The notes under the pieces are model-generated. The model had not been told where the DNA came from. It worked only from the letters and a program-made list of their open reading frames with translations, and made no database searches. The position numbers and the translations under genes are program-made. From Octopus sinensis (taxonomy: Eukaryota): a stretch of 64,000 nt of DNA. The stretch lies in contig NC_043013.1 in NCBI RefSeq assembly GCF_006345805.1, forward strand, positions 23,808,001-23,872,000, given 5' to 3'. The first letter of the stretch is position 1, and the number at the start of each line of letters is the position of its first letter. Positions 61,400 through 64,000 of the stretch are shown one piece after another.

Positions 61400-62560
61400 T
61401 ATCTGCTTGGTTCACTAATTCCCACACTAGTGTGCACAAAAGTTTTTTGTATTTTGTAAATATATGGGGGCAAGTTTATATAAGATAAAAATAACTTCAT
61501 TCTTCTTAGTACACAGACCCAGATAAGTGTATTTTATGACTTCATTTAAAAGTTGATTCCCTATGTTGTTGCTGATCAGCTCCAAGTCACTTGTCATCAA
61601 ACAAATCAATTATCAGAAGTTTTTCTAGTTTGCTGTAACTATTTTGTCTCTGTGTGTGATTTTAGGAAGTTTGGCTCCTTCTTCGAACAGGTTGGGCAGT
61701 TATCTAGAAGCTTTTTTATTGGTTGGCTGGCCCTCTTTTGCTGTGCATGCTTTAAATAGAAGAACCAGTGTATTTAAAATTTTTATCATATCGTCTAATT
61801 TCTCATCATCATCATCGTTTAACGTCCATTTTCCATGCTGGCATGGATTGGATGGTTCAACTTGGTGTCTCGGAAGTCAGGCTCTAGTTTGATCTGGCAC
61901 TGTTTCTACAGCTGGATGCCCTTCCTAACGCCAACCACTCCGTGAGTTTAGTGGGTGCTTTTTACGTGCCACTGGCACAGGGACCAGAGGAGGCTGGCAA
62001 TGACCACGATTGGTTGGTGCTTTTTAACAAAAGAAATAAGCAAAGAAATATTTCTTTTGTTGATCTGGCCCCTTTATATCCTGAATCCTATAGGTATCAC
62101 TTCTTCACCGCAATCCAAATAAATTCAACCAAGTGTTATCCAAAGTTATTTTATTTTTCAGAATTGCAACTTTATATCCAACCAGTTGTTATTAAAATAA
62201 TGTTTTATATTTTTCCTATTGTAAAGATGCTTATACAAAGGATAAATAGAAAGTATTACTTTAGATTAATAGCAAAGTTAATATTGTAAGAGAAACTATC
62301 TTTGTTTGATAAATTCTACAAACTGATTCTCTATAGCTGTATGAATTCCATAAAAAATTATGCCCTGCTGATCTGTTGTCTGTCTGCAAATGCAGATCTT
62401 GGTATATTTCTTGCGCTTATTAAACATAGCTACACAGGTAACTCACTGAAAGATATGCATACAGCAATGGTAGACATTTGTAAAATTCTTGCACAAGAAA
62501 GAAGTAAAATCTGTGCTTTGCCATTCAAAATTGTAATTGAATAAATAATTTTCATAATCT
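61400..62560 (-). mobile_element. Highly decayed LINE RT remnant, split by an RTE tail at 61803-62027
   Basis: Only scattered motifs: FGLR*RSDT, LIIDLFDD, NQLLNEVIKYTYLG. Confidence 0.35.
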
Positions 62561-64000
62561 TCTCTGTTGACTTCTTTCCCTTTTAGGTGATGGTCGTTTA
62601 CCATCAGAAAGAAATATTTAATAAGAGTTTAATTTTTCTGACTGTTAACCTCTGTTTTAGAACATATATGATTTTCAGTCACAATCCTGTGCCTTATTCC
62701 TGGATCTCTGTGTGTGTGTGTGTGTATATATATATGTATATATATCATCATCATCATTGTTTAACATCTGCTTTCCATGCTGGCATGGATTGGACGGTTT
62801 GACTGAGGTCTGGCAAGCAGGTGGACTGCACCAGGCTCCAATCTGATCTGGCAATGTTTCTACAGCTGGATGCCCTTCCTAACACCAACCACTTCGAGAG
62901 TGTAGTGGCTGCTTTTTACATGCCACCAGCACAAGAGCCAGTCAGGGGACACTGGCATCGACCACGTGCGCGCGTGTGTGTGTGTGTATATATATATATA
63001 TATGGTTACATATTAATTCAGGACAAAAACTTTTATTTCTAAACAAAGTGTAGTAATGTCCTTTCCACTAGGACCTTGGTGCATGTGCACCAATGGTGAA
63101 ATGGCTGATAGTTTAGGAGGAGGACCTTATTCTTGTCCGTGAAAGTGATACTTTATTTTGTTTTTTAAATCAATTGGATTCCCTGTATATGCACTACTGG
63201 CCTTGTATTGGATATAGACATTACTGTAAAGTTTTACTCATTTGAATCCAGTCTGCCACAATGTACACATTCAAGAATAAGTCACTTGATGATGCTGTAT
63301 GTAGTAGAAGCAACTTCACCGAGACAATCTTATTGACTCTTTTCTCTTCAATACATTTCATATTGTGATATCTGTCTGAGATTAACTCTTGATACACATG
63401 CAAAATATGACTCAATAGCTTGCTAAGAAGTATGAATCCACTGGACAAAAATATTTAGATTCATGAAAAGTATGTTAGGACAATTGATTGAATATTCCAC
63501 TTCTGAGTTAGTAGACATTATGTCCATTTTCAAGGTTAGATTTAAACCTGGCACTAAAATCTGTCCCTGAGCTGCCAGTTGATTTAATCATCTAGGAGTG
63601 GTGTCTGAGATCTATTCTATTTAAGGTGGCAGAGTAGTTAGGGCATTGGACAGAATGCTCGGCAATCTTTGTTTTGATACTGTGCTTTAACCCTTTAGTG
63701 TTTAAACCGGCCATACCAGGCCAAAATTGTCTTCATGTTTTATGCTCAAACCAGCCAGCTCTGACCTCTCACACCTACCCTACAAAGTCATTCTAAAAAT
63801 AAACAGGGACATCATCAAAATCTCAGAGTTACAAGATGCTGTACAATTAATTTAAAACAATGTAATTAAACAAGCTTTACATTTGACAGAATAATCTGAA
63901 TGCTAAAGGGTTAAGTCCTTATCTTGCTGGGTCAACATTGCTCTTTTTGGGTCACTAAAAATGTACCAATCCACAGTGTATTGGCGGAATTGTTAGAAAG

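Larger units (their letters stand above)
32011..64000 (+). other. Intron 1 of the AGAP gene (>32 kb, continues past the window end)
   Basis: GT donor at 32011. By-eye scan found no AG|AT acceptor followed by the expected (D)SFVNSQEW coding sequence. Region is filled with repeats. Confidence 0.75.

Overview
AT-rich, repeat-dense eukaryotic DNA. The repeat content (TA/TATG microsatellites, tRNA-type SINEs, RTE LINE tails ending in (GAT)n, Penelope fragments) fits an octopod cephalopod; that assignment is inferred from recalled repeat similarity, not from a search. One protein-coding exon is clearly recognisable: the first coding exon (31836-32010, +) of an AGAP1/AGAP3 (centaurin-gamma) orthologue. 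It sits behind a promoter-like region with X-box, ETS, NRF1-like and YY1-like motifs. Exon 2 was not found, so the rest of the window appears to be intron 1 (>32 kb). The remainder is transposon-derived: an internally deleted Gypsy element with both LTRs, PPT and 5-bp TSD; a 1.1-kb solo LTR with 4-bp TSD; several RTE LINE fragments; two Penelope GIY-YIG fragments; mariner and hAT remnants; hAT-, piggyBac- and TA-type MITEs; three SINE families; and a recent 1.19-kb tandem duplication. The most interesting signal is at least four sequence families of Penelope-type minimal hammerhead ribozyme motifs. Each has a different core (CUGAUGA, CUGUnGA, CCGAAGA, CCAAUGA), most have a palindromic stem III, and several lie in long inverted repeats. 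All alignments and translations were done by eye, and repeat boundaries are approximate unless a TSD is quoted.
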